Below the pieces are notes generated by a model. It had not been told where the DNA came from. It was given only the letters and a program-made list of their open reading frames with translations, and made no database searches. Position numbers and translations under genes: made by a program. Below are positions 62,301-64,000 of a stretch of 64,000 bases of DNA, one piece after another. Source of the stretch: Azolla caroliniana (taxonomy: Eukaryota > Plantae > Polypodiophyta); the NCBI GenBank assembly GCA_043228905.1, contig JBHGNT010000015.1, positions 5,828,001 to 5,892,000 of the forward strand. The letters are read 5' to 3'. Positions within the stretch are counted from its first letter, which is position 1. The number at the start of each line of letters is the position of its first letter.

Positions 62301-64000
62301 CTCTACTGTGCCGATTCCAATGATGTCACAGTGTTGCGAGTTGCCGACTCGAACTGAGTCGGAGTGACGGATCGTATATTGCCGAAATTGGGATCGATGA
62401 GGAGTCACGTGAAATGACGCGCCCGAATCTAAGAGCCATGTGCTCGATTCTTCAGTCGTGAGCAGAACTTCTGATCCGACTGGATTTTCGATTGATAGTA
62501 TATTCGGGTCGTTTGGTAGCACATCAGCTGAGAAGCTGACGTAATTGATCTCCTCATGCCGGCCACTCTTCTTGTCTGATTTGTGAGACTTGTCGTTCTT
62601 GTTCTTGAGTGCGCGGCAGTCGGCTTTGATGTGTCCGGGTTTCTTGCAATAGTTGCAGATTCGATTATCCCGTGACTGGCTCCGTCTTCGCTGATTGTTC
62701 GGCTGCCGTGAGGAATCTCTTCCTCGTATGTTCGATCGGTCTGTCGAACCTTGTACTACATAAGCGTTGTCTGTTGAGTCTTTGGCGAAAGACTTTCTCC
62801 GAGCTGCTTCGGTCAGGATTGCGCTCGTGACTTCGGAGTATTTAACAGCCGTGGTTGACGCGTTGCACACGGTTGTGACGAAAGTTTCCCATGATGAGGG
62901 AAGGCTGCTCATGAGTATCATTGCTCTGAGTTCATCCTCGATTGCCGTCCCCTGAGATGAGATTTGGGAGCTTATGCTTTCGTACTCATTGAGATGTGCT
63001 TGAACCGAATCTGATTCTTTCATCCGCAAGTTGTAGAGGCGCCGGATCAGAAACATCTTTGTTGCAGCGACCTTCTTTTCGTAAGTGTCCGACAGTGTTT
63101 TCCACAGTTCGAATGCTGTCGTACACGACTGCACCGTAAAGTATACCGATTCCGATAGGTGCATCCGAATCGTGGCGCGGACGATTCTGTCCAGCTTCTG
63201 CCACTCAATTGGTTTGTATCCTTCTGGAGGTTCTTCATTTTCGATGGGATCGATTTGCCCCTTGACTATGAGATAGTCCTGCATTTGCTCCTTCCAGAAG
63301 TTGAAGTTCGATCCATCGAACTTTCGTAGACTCATTTCTGACGAGCCGGATGTTGATGCCATCAAATTTGGTTTCGGTTGACGAAGCTCGGTTCGGAGTT
63401 GACTACGAACCTTGTTGGAGTGCAGCCGGTTGGCTCACCCGATATCGTTCTAGTCGGATTTGGACCCGAGTCGGTTCGGCTTCGGATATATGTATTGTTG
63501 AACTTGCTCGAATTGACTCTGGTAACTTGAGGGACAGAACCGACTGGTCTTCCCGAATGTTGCCGAGTCGGAGTGAGCCCGGTTCGCTTCCGAATATATA
63601 TGCCAAATACCGATTATTGAAACCGATTGTCTGGACCGATTCTGCTTCGGGTGACTGCAGCGACGAGAGAGACGGATCCAACTGATCCTCCCAAATGTCG
63701 ATCAGCCGGATGAAGCACGAATTTGGGTTGTTGTTCTTGAGACCGATCTGCACCGAGTGGTTACAATGAGCGGCGAGCAGCGTTTGATGACCTCTTCGGA
63801 TGCCGTTTAACCGAGTGGAGCACGATCGTGTCAATGTTGCACAAGGGGATTTCACCTCGAGCGGTTACGATCACAGGGAACAGAGTAGAACCGGCTGGCT
63901 TACTTCAAGCGAAGATGATCTAACGCGATGAGATGCAAGCCTCGTTTTTCTTCTTCTTCTCTCTTCTTCGAATGACGCAGGAAACCGAATGTTGTGCAGG
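59178..64000 (-). mobile_element. Ty1/copia element G (C family): partial 3' LTR 59178-~59335, gag-pol 63365-59360 with a ~29-bp frameshift deletion near 61835
   Basis: Near-identical to C in gag, pol and 5' UTR; runs off the window. Confidence 0.93.

Overview
Eukaryotic, repeat-saturated land-plant DNA (a fern or other seed-free plant is my inference from the TE lineages and spliceosomal introns) with no ordinary host gene; almost the whole window is nested transposons. It contains at least seven Ty1/copia copies (three families), a Tcn1-like self-priming chromovirus, a tRNA-Trp-primed Ty3/gypsy fragment, two solo-LTR-like inserts with 4-bp TSDs, and two kinds of large Sola-like DNA transposon. 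The standout is a 9.1-kb TIR element (40551-49681; 36-bp TIRs, TTTT TSD). It carries a DDD-type transposase and, divergently, a six-exon gene for a ~974-aa ParB/Srx-like domain fused to a beta-class amino-DNA methyltransferase (DIPY ... PYQKP ... LDLFSGTGTT), with an array of long palindromes in intron 1. Two older copies of the same cargo gene lie at 8.7-11.2 kb and 40.4/49.7-52.6 kb; the latter keeps the same 23-bp palindrome core and a matching TIR at 28461. A second 11-kb Sola2-like element carries a coiled-coil + RING-H2 gene. All family assignments come from motif recognition by eye and need HMM/BLAST confirmation.
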